Counted from the first letter of the stretch, positions 1-12,029 are shown. The stretch: DNA of 64,000 bases from Narcine bancroftii (GCF_036971445.1 NC_091472.1:208010001-208074000); one strand, 5' to 3'. Numbers and translations: made by a program. The notes: generated by a model not told the origin, from the sequence alone.

Positions 1-270
1 ACCTGCTCCACTCAGTGGGCCTGCGACAAACCAAATCCACCCAGCGGGCCTGCGACAAACCAGATCCACCCAGCGGGCCTGCGACAAACCAGATCCACCC
101 AGCGGGCCTGCGACAAACCAGATCCACCCAGCGGGCCTGCGACAAACCAGATCCACCCAGCGGGCCTGCGACAAACCAGATCCACGCAGCAGGCCTGCGA
201 CAAACTCGATCCACCCAGCGTGACTGCGGGAAAACAGATCCACCCAGTGGACCAGCGACGAACCGGCTCC
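1..270. repeat. 29-bp GC-rich minisatellite (unit ~GCGACAAACCAGATCCACCCAGCGGGCCT), runs off the window start
   Basis: About 9 tandem units are visible directly; they explain the repetitive ORFs 12..485 and 15..314. Confidence 0.95.
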
Positions 271-599
271 ACAGAGCAGGACCATGCACAATTAGTTTGG
301 AAGAGCAACACTGATTCAGCTGAATGGTCTGAGGGCAGAGAGGAAGGCAATTCCTGATCCTTTTCTGTGGTGATGCAAACACACAGGACTAGCAATAACA
401 CCGTGGTTATGAGGGAAATTGGTGAACCATTTTGGGAAATGTCATGAGAGATGGACAACAGTTTATTGAAAGTGAAAAAGTGCAAATATCATCCCTAACC
501 CTAATTCTAAACCAAATAGCCAAGCTCAGAGCTGATGGTCCAAGATAACACTCAAATGTTGTTACAGCTCCGGCCTCCATCACATCTTCTGGCAGCTCA

Positions 600-1380
600 A
601 TCCAGACACCGACTTCTCAGCGTGTAAAATATTTACCCCACAGATCCCTTTCTAACTTTCTGCCTCTCACCTTCAACCCATTCCCTCCAGTTTTACCTAC
701 TCCCGCCATGGGGAACAGATTCTGTCCATCAACCCTATCTGTGCCTCTCCTAATATTATGCCCCCAATTATGCCACCCCTTAGCTTCCATCTCTCCAGGG
801 AAACCAGGAAACAGCTGATCAAATCACTCTTCATAACTCAGGCTCTCCAATCCAGGCACCATCTTGTGAATCTTTTCTGCCTACTGCCCACAATCATCAC
901 ATCATTCTTCCAGTGTGACTACCTGAACTGCACATTACTCTCCAAGGGTAGATTAACCATCATTTTGTACAAGTGAAACATCACATCCAAACATCTTCAC
1001 TCAAAGCCTTGGCTGATTAAGGCAAGCGTGACATTCACTTTCTTCCCCACACTGTCTATCAATGTCATCACTTTTACAGAACTGTGTACATGTATCCTAA
1101 GGTCTCTGTTCCATAACACTCCTGCCCTGGTTTAACCTTCACAAATGCTTCAGTTCACACTTGGGTGAGTTATATTCCATCCACCTTTCCAGTTTATCTC
1201 AATCCTGTTCAAACCTGACACTCCCTTCTTCACATTCCACTGTACCAATGATTGTGATGTCCTCTGCAAACATTTATCCTGCCCACTACATTCCCATGGA
1301 AATTATTAATATATCTGACAAGCAACAAAGAACAAAGAACCCAATACCATTGCCTGTGCACACCACTAGTTAAAGGCTCC
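600..1380 (-). mobile_element. Old CR1-type LINE 3' fragment (paralogue ~56390-57180)
   Basis: Minus-strand remnants such as RGTDRVDGQNLF..GNGLKVRG.KF and LTSGVPHG.ELG.LL match the CR1 ORF2 C-terminus. Confidence 0.7.
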
Positions 1381-1599
1381 AATCTGAAAAGAGAAAGGAT
1401 GTAAAATGGGGTTACAGATGGGCAAGAGTGAAGATTTCAAAAGGTCACAGGACTGTCAGAGGTTACAGAGAGAGTGGGGATGAGATCGTTGGGGGAGGGG
1501 GGGGGGGAAGCCAAAGTGGTGTTTGAACATGAGGATGAGAATGAGATTGCTAAAGCAAGGGCAGGAAGCCGGGAGAGTGAGGCACTGACAGACACTAAC

Positions 1600-1767
1600 C
1601 ATTCCCTGCCTGGGAGGCAGCAATAGAAGACACTGATGTCCACACTGCAGGAGCACTCAGGCCCACAAAACCCCACCACTCAGGTCACACATCCATATGG
1701 CAATGGCAGAGAGCAAGGACCAGCTCGTTTGATGCAATTGCCACCTTCTCCATCTCTCCAGACTTAT
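1600..1767 (-). pseudogene. Candidate internal exon (168 nt) of an unnamed gene, copy 1
   Basis: Acceptor ttctcttttggtttgcag and donor GTTAGT. The same 168-nt length occurs in the paralogue 57379-57546. Reads DKSGEMEKVAIASNELVLALCHCHMDV*PEWWGFVG with one in-frame TGA. Confidence 0.45.
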
Positions 1768-2019
1768 CTGCAAACCAAAAGAGAAGCCAATTAGATTACC
1801 ATTCATCCTCCTAAACTGCAGTAGTCCAGAACAATCTGTCTCAACAGTTCACACCTTTACCTCAAGCTCCAATTTTTAGATGCAAAGTAAACAATGCTTC
1901 AGAACCTGGAAATCTGAAATAAAGATACAAACTGCTGCAAGTCCTCAGCAACTGAGGCAGAGCCTGTGGAGAAGGAAACAGAACTGACACACAGATCTCA
2001 ATTTAATATAAAAAAAATA

Positions 2020-2245
2020 GGCATACAGCACGGTAACAGGCCATTTTGGTGCACAAGCCCGTGACGCCCAATAACACCCAATTGACCTACACCCCCTGTA
2101 CTTTTTCAAGAGTTGGAGGAAACTGGAAACCCCGGGTAAAACCAATGCACATACAGTGAAAACCTATAAACTCCTTAGAGACAATACAGAATTCGAAACC
2201 TGATCCCAATCACTTGCGGTGTAACAAGAGTTGTCCGTGCTACCC
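2020..2245 (-). mobile_element. HE1/V-SINE-like tRNA-derived SINE (also ~55180-55350 and ~57805-58010)
   Basis: Characteristic reverse-strand motifs ggaggaaactggaaaccccgggtaaaacc...aaactccttagagac...gaattcgaaacc. Confidence 0.65.
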
Positions 2246-2689
2246 AGATATGTTTCCTGACCTGCCAATTATTTTGTTTCCCAGAAATCCCTTTTTTTTT
2301 GATTTGAGCTCCTGTTGGCTGGTCTGAGAATCACGAAATGGCGGGAACAGTTTCTCTGCATCAACACGTTCAGTTTGGCTTGATTCATGTCAATGCAACT
2401 CTTTCCCAGTTCAGGGGATCTGATCACAGAGTGTGGAACATACAACATGCCCTACATTTTCAGGCCAGAGACTGGGACCAGACCCAACCCTCTAAGTCCA
2501 GGACAGCTGTGGCCCAACTAATGATTGATCAACATCCCAGAACCACACTGCTCTTTTCTTTTCTGCCCTTTAATGAAGTCAAGGATTTATTTATCCCACT
2601 CAGTCTCTTCTCATAATCATAAAGTTGCAGAGACAGGAGGCCCCAAAAGGTGCCTGTCTGAGCCTGTCCCTTTTGTCTGTGTCACAAAC

Positions 2690-2925
2690 CTGTCCAATCC
2701 AGGAATTTGTCTAAGTTTCTTTTCATGTGTATACTTGTATCTGCCTTTATATTTTGGTATGAAAGTTCTTTCCATATCCACATCATCCTCCATGTGTACA
2801 CGTTGCCCGAAAGGTGCGACATGACCTCTTTTCTTCCTACTCCCCAATACTGGGGAAAATGCTTCAAAGTCACCATCAACCTCCAACACTTCAGAGAGAA
2901 ATGTGCATGCAAATTTTATAACCAT
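2690..2925 (-). pseudogene. Candidate exon 2 of the unnamed gene, copy 1; 5' end interrupted by CR1+RTE insertion
   Basis: Reads KFACTFLSEVLEVDGDFEAFSPVLGSRKKRGHVAPFGQRVHMEDDVDMERTFIPKYKGRYKYTHEKKLRQIPGLDR, then CAG|GTTTGT. The acceptor is stranded at ~4520 beyond the insertion. Confidence 0.45.
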
Positions 2926-3835
2926 ATACTAATTACACCATGGAAACAGGCCAATTTGGCTCTTCTAGTCCGCACTGATCCAAGTACCCTCCTTTAATCC
3001 CACTTACTAGCACTCTGCCCATATCCCTCCATCCCCCTCCTATCCATATACTTATCCAACTCTTTCTTAAATGACAAAATTGACCCTGCCTCCACCACCT
3101 TTCCCGGAAGCCTATTCCACACACTAACCACTCTCTGAGTAAAGTTCCCCTTCATGTTACGCCTAAACCCATCAACTCTCAACCCATGACCTCTTGTATC
3201 CATCTCTCATACTCTCAATGGGAAAAGCCTTTCCACATCAACTCTATCTATCCCTCTCATTATCTTAAACACCTCTATCAAATCCCCTCTTAGCCTTCTA
3301 CGTTCCAAGGAACAAAGACCTAATTTGCTCAATCTCTCCTTGTATTCCAGATGCTGAAACCCAGGCAACATTTTTGTAAATCTTCTCTGCACTCTCTCTA
3401 TCTTGTTAATATCCTTCCTATAAATCAGTGACCAGAACTGCACACAGTACTCTAAATTTGACCTCACCAATACCTTGTACAGATTCATCATTACTTCCGA
3501 ACCACTATATTCTATGCACTGATTTATATAGGCCAGCATACTAAAGGCCTTCTTCACCACCCTATCCACATGCGCTCCTCCCTTCAGGGAACAATACACC
3601 GTTATTCCTAGATCTTTCTGCTCCACTGCATTCTTCAATGTCCTCCCATTTATCACATATGTCTTGCTTTGATTATTCTTTCCAAAATGAAGCACCACAC
3701 CTCCAAGGAGTCTAAATCCTCTGCAATCTTTGAAAACCCTCTTCATCATCCACAATTCCTAATAGTTTAGTATCATCTGCATATTTACTAATCCAATTTA
3801 CCGCCCAATCCTCCAGATCATTTATATGATAAATA
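2926..3835 (-). mobile_element. CR1 LINE 3' portion
   Basis: ORF 3207..3755 contains LVRSNLEYCVQFWS..ERVQRRFTKM..RRRLRGDLIEVFKIM. Absent from the paralogue at ~58740. Confidence 0.92.
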
Positions 3836-3839
3836 TATC

Positions 3840-4512
3840 ATATTTTGGAAGACTACACAAAAGAGTCTGGAAAAGCAATCACCTGAAGAAACACACAAAG
3901 ATCAGTGTGTACAGAGTCGATGTCATTCCCACGCTCCTGTTCGGCTCTGAATCATGGGTCCTCTACCGGCATTACCTACAGCTCCTAGAACGCTTCCATC
4001 AGCACTGTCTCCACTCCATCCTCAACATTCATTGGAATGACTTCATCAGCAATATCAAAGTACTCAAGCATCGAATCCATTCTGCTGAAGACCCAACTGT
4101 GCTGGGTGGGTCACGTCTCTTCCCAAGATCGTGTTCTATGGCGAGCTCTCCACTGGCCACCGAGACAGAGGTGCACCAAAGAAGAGGTACAAGGACTGCT
4201 TAAAGAAATCTCTTGGTGCCTGCCACATTGACCACCGCCAGTGGGCTGATATTGCCTCCAACTGTGCATCTTGGCACCTCACAGTACGGCGGGCTGCAAC
4301 CTCCTTTGAAGAAGACCGCAGAGCCCACCTCACTGACAAAAGACAAAGGAGGAAAAACCCAACACCCAACCCCAACCAACCAATTTTCCCTTGCAACCGT
4401 GCCTGCCTGTCCCGCATCGGACTTGTCAGTTACCAACGAGCCTGCAGCAGACGTGGACATACCCCTCCATAAATCTTCATCCGCGCAGCCAAGCCAAAGA
4501 AAAGAAAGAAAG
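3840..4512 (+). mobile_element. RTE-clade LINE 3' fragment
   Basis: FGRLHKRVWK..PTLLFGSESW..YGELSTGHRDRGAPKKRYKDCLK..C-terminal CCHC-like motif, ending in an (AAAG)n tail. Confidence 0.92.
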
Positions 4513-5029
4513 AAATATCCTGGTGAAAATTTTCATATCTTATCCAACTTCACGACATTAAAATAAGTGCACTTTAGACAATCCAACCCTTCTTACTCCC
4601 TCATTTCTTACTGCCTGTTCAGACGACTGAACCACTTTGATTTAACTTCCACATTCACCTCACTCCCTGCCTGACCAGCAACAGTAAATCTTCCAAACGA
4701 TGGACTGGTTCACCCCCACCCCAGGTGTAAACTGTCCGTCTTGTACCAATCCCTGTTTAAAAACTAATCACTGAGCATCCGTGACCCAGGCCCCAAGGAT
4801 GCAAAACACCTACTGGATCCCAAACCCCAATGTGCCTGCCTGTGCCCCTGACCAGAGGAACCCCCACCCCCAATTGGGGCTGACGTGGGCTTTGGCCCAC
4901 CCTGTTTGACAGCCACTGACCCAGCTGCTGCTTCCCCTGAGAAAGGATGTCCCCAAACGGATGACCGAGCCTGAGGAGGGGGGGGGGGGCAATGACAGGG
5001 GCCTCCTGCCCGTCCTGGCGCTCACCCAC

Positions 5030-5545
5030 TAAGCCGGCCGGCATATGTGGTGGGCCGCCCTCCCTGAATCCCCTGCCTGGGACCCGCCGGCCTCCTGCCT
5101 GTTCCTCCGTGTCCACCTCCTGCTCCCACCCATCCGGGCGGGGAGAGACACACTGAATGCCGAGGGGATTGAGAAGGACACTTCCAGCTGACGGGCTCCG
5201 TGTGACAGGAGGCGCTGGCCCTCCACTGACTCGCTCCCATCAACTGTGGGGGGTCGAGGGGGCCCCGGACCTTAGCCTGGACTTGGTGCCGTTCGTCCTT
5301 TTTGCCGAGGCCGCTTTTCACCAGAAAGCGTAGAAACATTTCCGCCACGGGCTCCTCTGACTCCAGCGTCTCGGGGGAGCCCGCCGAGCGCATGGAGCCG
5401 CGCCGCAAGGGCCAAATCCCTCCGCAGGCTGCGGCTTCTTTCATGGGTCACACGCCCGTGGCCGAGGGAACGGCGCCCAGGGCCGCAACGGGCCCTCTAT
5501 GACGTCAGCGCGCACTCGCCCGGCTCGGCGGCAGTCCCTGCTCAC
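5030..5545. promoter_or_regulatory. CpG island with perfect CRE (TGACGTCA 5500-5507)
   Basis: High CpG density against a CpG-depleted background; palindromic CRE about 55 bp upstream of the minus-strand ATG. Confidence 0.75.
5271..5444 (-). CDS. Candidate first coding exon of the unnamed gene (58 codons; alternative ATGs at 5393 and 5339), copy 1
   Basis: Lies in a CpG island. Reads MKEAAACGGIWPLRRGSMRSAGSPETLESEEPVAEMFLRFLVKSGLGKKDERHQVQAK, then AAG|GTCCGG (phase 0). Same peptide in the second copy. Confidence 0.45.
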
Positions 5546-5932
5546 AGGGACTTCACAGAAACTGTTCCACATTGGATGTAGAACAGAGGAAGAGAAGAGA
5601 AAGGTTCACCAGGGAACAGGATGAACAAAGCAGCGAAGAAGGAGTAAAATAAATGACCGAGAAAATGGGGGAGAGATAAAGCTGGCCAGAAATATGGAAA
5701 ATAGACCGTCACAGTTTCTCTTTCAATGTTTGAAAGGAAAGTTCGGAAGCCAGAGGGGGAGAGAGCAGTTGAGAAAGACGTGTTTACCATCATCCTGATC
5801 AAATGCTGGTTCCGTCGCAGCTGGAAGTCTGTGTACAGTAGAGTTCAGCACTCTGGACGAAGGACATGACTGCAGTGGACAGGGTGCGCAGGGGGTTTGC
5901 CAGAATTCGCCGGGAAGGGATCTAATTGGTGG

Positions 5933-6699
5933 TGTTAGAAACAGAATTACCTTTAAAGAAATTGCTCGAGACAAAAATTGAGAACAAAGAACATTTATTA
6001 TACAACAATGCAAAGTTGGGTGCTTCCCCTTACCATGGGAATACACACATACACTGGGGCTCACCCACTTTTATACAGTTTATCTCAGTATAGGAATAAC
6101 CCCCCCTTACATTCTTCTGCCTCCTGCTGGAGAGGTTTGGCATTAGGCAATCCTGCCTGCCTACGTGCTGTTTCTGTGCACTTGGAGGACCAGGGGGTAT
6201 CCTGTCAGTGTCTTCTCATGTCATTATCCCCATTGTCCTTATTCATAACCTTGCCCTTGTCCCCATTCACACCTTTCCAACTCTCAGAGCTACAGTCCCT
6301 TCATATGTAGAGTTCGCTAATCCTGTCTAGGGTTTACTAATTAAATATGCATAACTTGATAAATCTGTGTATGGCTTACTAATTATATATGTAGAACTGG
6401 CTAATACTGTCTAAGGTTTTCTAATTATTTATGCAAGCCTTGCTAATTCTATCTGGGGTTTGGAGACCTGTATCTTGTTCAGACTAACTCTAACTTCTAT
6501 CATCAATTGTCTGTCCTTATCTCCTTTTGCTGATTCTCTAGGAGATTCTTATCTTACTCAGACAGTGTCAGCTTCCTGCCTTCTAATATCCATGTCTCAT
6601 GTTGTTTGTACTGGCTTCATTCATTTACTTATGTATCAATTTTATTTTCTTCATTTCTTCGTGTTCATATTGCAATATCCGTTTTTTTCATCTCTCACA
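5933..6699 (-). mobile_element. ERV solo LTR (same family as 35814 and 36660 LTRs)
   Basis: TG...CA ends, 4-bp TSD GTGG (5929-5932 and 6700-6703). No LTR at the paralogous site ~60910. Confidence 0.93.
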
Positions 6700-7125
6700 G
6701 TGGGGTGGTGGGGAGATGGATGGGCCCAGGTGTAGTACAATGATGAAGACAGCAGAAGAGCTCAGCCTAGGATGAAACTTATCAGCTGGATAAATGGACT
6801 TTCATCCAGCAAAGAGTGAGTGGGAGACATTGGCCGAGTGTGATGAGTGGTGGGTCAGGGGGATCAGTGAATTAAAGTGACTTGGTTATATTTCAGTTGG
6901 ACAGAGCCTTGGTGTATGGAGTGATCCCCTGTTCTATGAGAAAATTATTTAAGGAAGAAACGAGGTGGATCAGAATCCAGGGCTGAGAATCCGTGAGAGA
7001 CGCCGGCCCCGGAGAGTTATAGACAGAGCTGAGAAACGACAAGTCATTCCGAGAATCCGCAGCCCATGTGGAGCAGAGGGGTAAACCTGTCCTGGAGACT
7101 GCAGTGGTTAATGTTTGGTGCTGTG

Positions 7126-7830
7126 TGTAGGATACTAGCATCAAACCACACGAGGCAGAGTGCAGGTAAAAAAACACTAGTTTTAATAGTTAGGCTTTGA
7201 GACCTTGGTCTTGCCTCTGTACAAGCCTAGGCCAGAATGACGTGGAAAGGATTCCCCTTGGGTTCACCTGGTGACCTAGTGGTGTAATGACATCATGCAT
7301 GACATGCCACCACATTCACCCCCCCTTTAAAAATTGTGACTGACCCTCCCCTCACCCCCTCTGTCTCTTTATAATTGACGCAGTCCAGTATTTGACACAG
7401 TTTCCTCTTCCTTCAGGGAGCTGGGGTGGGGGAGCTGGGGTTAGGGGAGCTGGGGTAGGGGAGGTGGAGGGTGCCAGGGCCTGGTGGTCTTGCCCTAAGC
7501 GAGGGTATGATGCGTGCATGCAAGGCTTTCCGCCCATGGGGGTGTGTTCGTCTGCTGGTCTTCATGCTGCTCCATGGGTGTCTATGCCCCTCCCGCATCG
7601 ACCGTGATTCCTTCCTCCTGATCCTCCAGAGCCTGTGGTGTTCCTGTGTCGTCTGCCGTCCTGTCCTGCCAATCTTTAGGGGTCTGTAGTTCTGCACCGC
7701 CCACATCTCCTGCCAGTGCGAGGTCCCTGGTGACCATCAAGTCTTCCTGTCCCTCCTCGAACACGATGTAGACTTAGTGAGGGTTCGCCTGCCTCACTTC
7801 CACAGGCTCCACCAGTGGGTCCGTTCTGCA
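7126..7830 (-). mobile_element. Gypsy LTR-retrotransposon 3' fragment: integrase tail, PPT, short LTR (~7126-7314)
   Basis: Minus strand reads PLVEPVEVRQANPH*VYIVFEEGQEDLMVTRDLALAG; PPT aaagggggggtgaa abuts TGTGG...TACA. Confidence 0.75.
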
Positions 7831-7834
7831 ATGC

Positions 7835-8198
7835 TTGCAATGTTTCTGCTGAAGTTTGAGACTCTCTGAGGGGTGGAAAGTCTCTCAACAAGAAGAAGAA
7901 CTTCTAGAGTCCAACCGATGTCCCAGTCAGGGTAGGTGGAGAAGCTGCTACCCGCGCCCCGTCAACCTACTACAAGTGTGCGGTTTGCCTCGCTTCGGCA
8001 GTTGAGACCAGTCCAGGCGTTGATAAGTATAATTGGGAAGGGCTTGCATATTGTAGTTTGAAATCAGCTCTAGATTTAGTAATAAAGATTTGTATAAACT
8101 GAAGTGCTCTTAGCGTGTGTGTCTGTTTTCTTTTGGTAGCTCAAACACTGTGACTAATCTAAAACGAACAAAGTAGAGATACAAGTTTACCCAGGACA
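7835..8198 (+). mobile_element. Probable partial LTR (R-U5 end)
   Basis: AATAAA at ~8081 followed by a GT-rich tract; ends in ...ACA where paralogy to ~29580 resumes. Confidence 0.45.
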
Positions 8199-8199
8199 G

Positions 8200-11050
8200 T
8201 TGGTCATCTCATTTACAAGTTACTTTTATTTTGCAGTACATGAGGTCATGCACTGACATCATGGAATTGGTTGGCTACTGGGAGGTCTCTGTCACTGGGG
8301 TGGACAGAGGGAAGGTGCTCAGCAAAGCATCTCCCAATCTGCGCCCTGTCTCGCCAATCCAGAGGACACAATGGGAGCATGGATGCAGTTGATAATCGCT
8401 GCAAATTCACAATTGAAAAGATGCAAGCTCAGAATTGAGTGCCCCAATAGGCCAATCCACTGCAGACAGGGTGGAGTATTATTACCAGGGTTTTGAAGAC
8501 TGAGAAACCAGTGATTATGGCCCAACATGTTTGTGATGACTATCTACATCAAATCCACCTGCCCACATTAATTCCAACTCTCTCGATGTCCTGTTCATTC
8601 AAGTAATTCTGCAGATGCCTCTGAAATGTTGTTACTGTTCTTGTCTCGACCACATCCTCTGGCAGCTCATTCAAGACACCAATTATGCTGTATTTGAAAT
8701 ATTTATCTTCAGCTCACTTTAAATCCCCTCTCTCTAACCTGCAACCCATTCACCCCAGTCTCACACACACCCCCATGGGAAACAGACTCTGTTCCTCTTC
8801 CTCTTCTGCATCCACTCCCATCACTCTGGGAAATGAGAAAACATCTATTCCACTTTCTCCTTGGATCTCCTCCAGTCCAGGTAAACATACACATAACTGC
8901 AGGAGAAATTCAGCTGGTCTCACAGTGTCAGGATTGTGCTAGATTTGGGATTTTTAAGGCAATTTATCGGATATTTTTTTCTTTGGGGAGCTTTTCAAAC
9001 GTGAAGGCCTTGTGGAGATGTGTGGATTTTCCACGGTGGTTTTTTGCTTTCTGTTCATGGGTGAATGAGGCGCCTGTCTGTTCAGGCTTTTTCCATGTAA
9101 CCAATGAGATGAAGACCTGCTCCACCCAATCACAAATGCGCGTCCTCATTCCCACAGAACCAATAAGAGGGGCCAGTGTGAGCATTTCCTCATTCCTTTG
9201 TGTAAATCGCCCAGGAGGTACAAGGGTCAACAGAGACAAATCGTTGAACAATCCAGGGGGTAGGAACCACATCAGAAGGGCAGAACATTCTGATATTCAG
9301 ACACAGGCGTCAGGGTGGAGAATCAGTAGTGACAAATACACCGAGTGCAAATGCCCCGCACTCACCTAGCCAGTGGTTGCCCTTCCACAGATACTATGAG
9401 TGGCTCTGAAAAGAGGCTTTGGGTCATCAGATCGATGATTCTCTGATTCACTTGCTCTTGGCGTTACTGCCTCCGTCGGTTTTCTTGGGCAGCTCCCCAC
9501 CCTGAGTGATGCTCACCCTTCCAAGCACCTTGTTGAGTTCCTCGTCGTGGCGGACGGCCAACGGCAGGTGACCGGGGATGATACGGCCATTTTGTTGTCC
9601 AGGGGCGCATTAGAATTTGCTTTTCATCTTCATGCCATCTTAATTTCTGTTTGTCTGTGTCTGCCTCTGCTCGACACAACTGGGAAGCTGCTGCAAGTAA
9701 GACTTACATTACATCTCTCCCTTGTCCTTCTGAATCTGACAATAAACTCTCAGTCATTCATGACTTCATTCAGTCACTGATGTTAGACTCACTGGCCTGT
9801 AATTAGTTGGTTTACCCTTGAATGAAGGGTCTGCAGTTGTGTCCTCCAGTCATGTTGGCACGACACCTCACCTGTGGCCAGTGTTGGTATCCCAGCAATC
9901 TCCTCCCTTACCCCACCAGTACCCTGGAATACACCTCGTTGATCCATCATTCAGCTGTGGTCACAGAGTTCTTACTTAATTTAAATATGGTCCGGAGCAT
10001 CACTCTCTCCTACCCAGAAATCTCTTATTACAATGCCTCAGTGAATACTGATGAGAAATATTTGTTTTGGACCTCACCCACATCCTCTGGCTCCACACGC
10101 ACTTCACTCCTTTAGTTCCTAATCTTACCCTGGTTACCCTCTTGTGCTCAATATTGCTGTAAAATAAAATAAAATTCCTTTGTCCACCAGGGATCTTTTC
10201 TCTGCTGCTTCGTTTTTAAGTTGTCTTCACAGAAAGTAACTCCTGATGGTTGTTGTGGTGAGTTATTTAATTTCCTCACCACTGACTGTAGCTTCCTGAG
10301 TGCCAGAGGCTGGATTTGCATCGTTGGTGGGGGCTTCTTTAAACTCTTGATACTCTGTCCAGGGATAATGCAGATTTGTCCTTGAAATGGCAAAAGAGCC
10401 AGTTTCCAATGGGAATGCATATATGGACCAGTTATCTTACTCTGTAGTTTTTACAATTGTTCTTGAACAGACTGATATTTGGCATAGAGCGTTAAAAGAC
10501 CAAGTCTGACAATATTGCGCAGGAACTGTGATTGTGGGTCTGGAGCTGTTATTGCAGATGTTAACATCTGACATGGGGAGTTGGCTAAAGTCCACTTGGT
10601 TAGAATTCAGAATTTTCTTCTTCTTGTGAGGAAGAAAAACAGGGATGCAAGGTTCAGGAACTTTGGATGATGAGAGTTTGCTAATGGACTTGAAAAGGGA
10701 TGGGGCAGTACATGCAAGATTTTGGAAGCAGGACATTTAAAGAATCTCAAGTTCTTCAAATCTACCAAATGAACTCCATGATCCTGGCACCATTCTGGAT
10801 TCCCCATTCACAAAAGTGCCTGCCTGTGTCCCTCATGACAGAAACCCCACCATGGCTCACCTCAGCATTGCACCAGCCTGCTTTAAAGCAGACCCACCAA
10901 CAGTGCCACTGACCTGCGTGATCTAACACAGAACACTACAGCGCAGTACAGGCCCTTCGACCCTCAATGTTGTGTCAAACCATATATTTCTTTTTAAAAA
11001 GTCCTAAACCTTCCCTACCCCTTAACCCTTTATTCTTCTTCAATCTATGT
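8200..11050 (+). repeat. Inverted segmental duplicate of ~26770-29580
   Basis: Reciprocal ORFs: 8319(-)/29255(+), 8964(-)/28459(+), 9822(+)/27712(-), 10437(-)/27093(+). Confidence 0.93.
9402..9608 (-). pseudogene. Histone H2A 3' fragment pseudogene with stem-loop (9402-9417)
   Basis: Reads [12 protein letters not shown] in one frame and [37 protein letters not shown] in the H2A frame; stem-loop GCCTCTTTTCAGAGCC. The 5' half of the gene is missing. Confidence 0.85.
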
Positions 11051-11055
11051 ACCTG

Positions 11056-12025
11056 TTTCTTTTTTGTTTGGCTTGCCTTTGCAGACGAAGATTTATGGAG
11101 GGGTAAATGTCTACGTCAGCTGCAGGCTTGTTTGTGGCTGACAAGTCCGATGCAGAACAGGCAGACATGGTTGCAGTGGTTGCAGTGGAAAATTGGTTGG
11201 TTGGGGTTGGGTGTTGGGTTTTTCCTCCTTTGTCTTTTGTCAGTGAGGTGGGCTAGGCGGTCTTCTTCAAAGGAGGTTGCTGCACGCCGAACTGTGAGGC
11301 GCCAAGATGCACAGTTTGAGGCGATATCAGCCCACTGGCGGTGGTCAATGTGGCAGGCACCAAGAGATTTCTTTAGGCAGTCCTGTACCTCTTCTTTGAT
11401 GCACCTCTGTCACGGTGGCCAGTGGAGAGCTCGCCATATAACACGATCTTGGGAAGGCGATGGTCCTCCATTCTGGAGACGTGACCTACCCAGCGCAGTT
11501 GGATCTTCAGCAGCGTGGATTCGATGCTGTCGGCCTCTGCCATCTTGAGTACTTCAATGTTAGGGATGAAGTCGCTCCAATGAATGTTGAGGATGGAGCG
11601 GAGACAACGCTGTTGGAAGTGTTCTAGGAGCCGTAGGTGATGCCGGTAGAGGACTCATGATTCGGAACCGAACAGGAGTGTGGGTATGACAACGGCTCTG
11701 TATATGCTAATCTTTGTGAGGTTTTTCAGTTGGTTGTTTTTCCAAGCTCTTTTGTGTAGTCTTCCAAAGGCGCTATTTGCCTTGGCGAGCTTGTTGTCTA
11801 TCTCGTTGTCGATCCTTGCATCGGATGAAATGGTGCAGCCGAGATAGGTAAACTGGTTGACCGTTTTGAGTTTTATGTGCCCGATGGAGATGTGGGGGGG
11901 GCTGGTTGTCATGGAGGGGAGCTGGCTGATGGAGGACCTCAGTTTTCTTCAGGCTGACTTCCAGGCCAAACATTTTGGCAGTTTCCGCAAAACAGCGCTG
12001 AAGAGCTGGCTTTTAATGGGCAACT
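11056..12025 (-). mobile_element. RTE LINE 3' fragment
   Basis: VNQFTYLGCTISSDARIDNEIDNKLAKANSAFGRL; same family as 45213-46745. Confidence 0.93.
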
Positions 12026-12029
12026 AATT

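Larger units (their letters stand above)
1..7125 (+). repeat. Segmental duplication copy 1 (direct paralogue of ~55960-61330)
   Basis: Colinear shared sequence, e.g. ORFs 5302..5502 and 60294..60494 are identical, 2525 matches 58293, 758 matches 56550. The copies differ by TE insertions. Confidence 0.93.

Noticed and set aside
1-270. Regular 29-bp repeats resembling a CRISPR array
   Set aside because: Head-to-tail tandem units with no unique spacers, in a eukaryotic context with no cas genes.
5978-6310. Recurrent ORFs at 5978, 36085-36481 and 37052
   Set aside because: Antisense to LTR sequence; frames are not conserved among copies.
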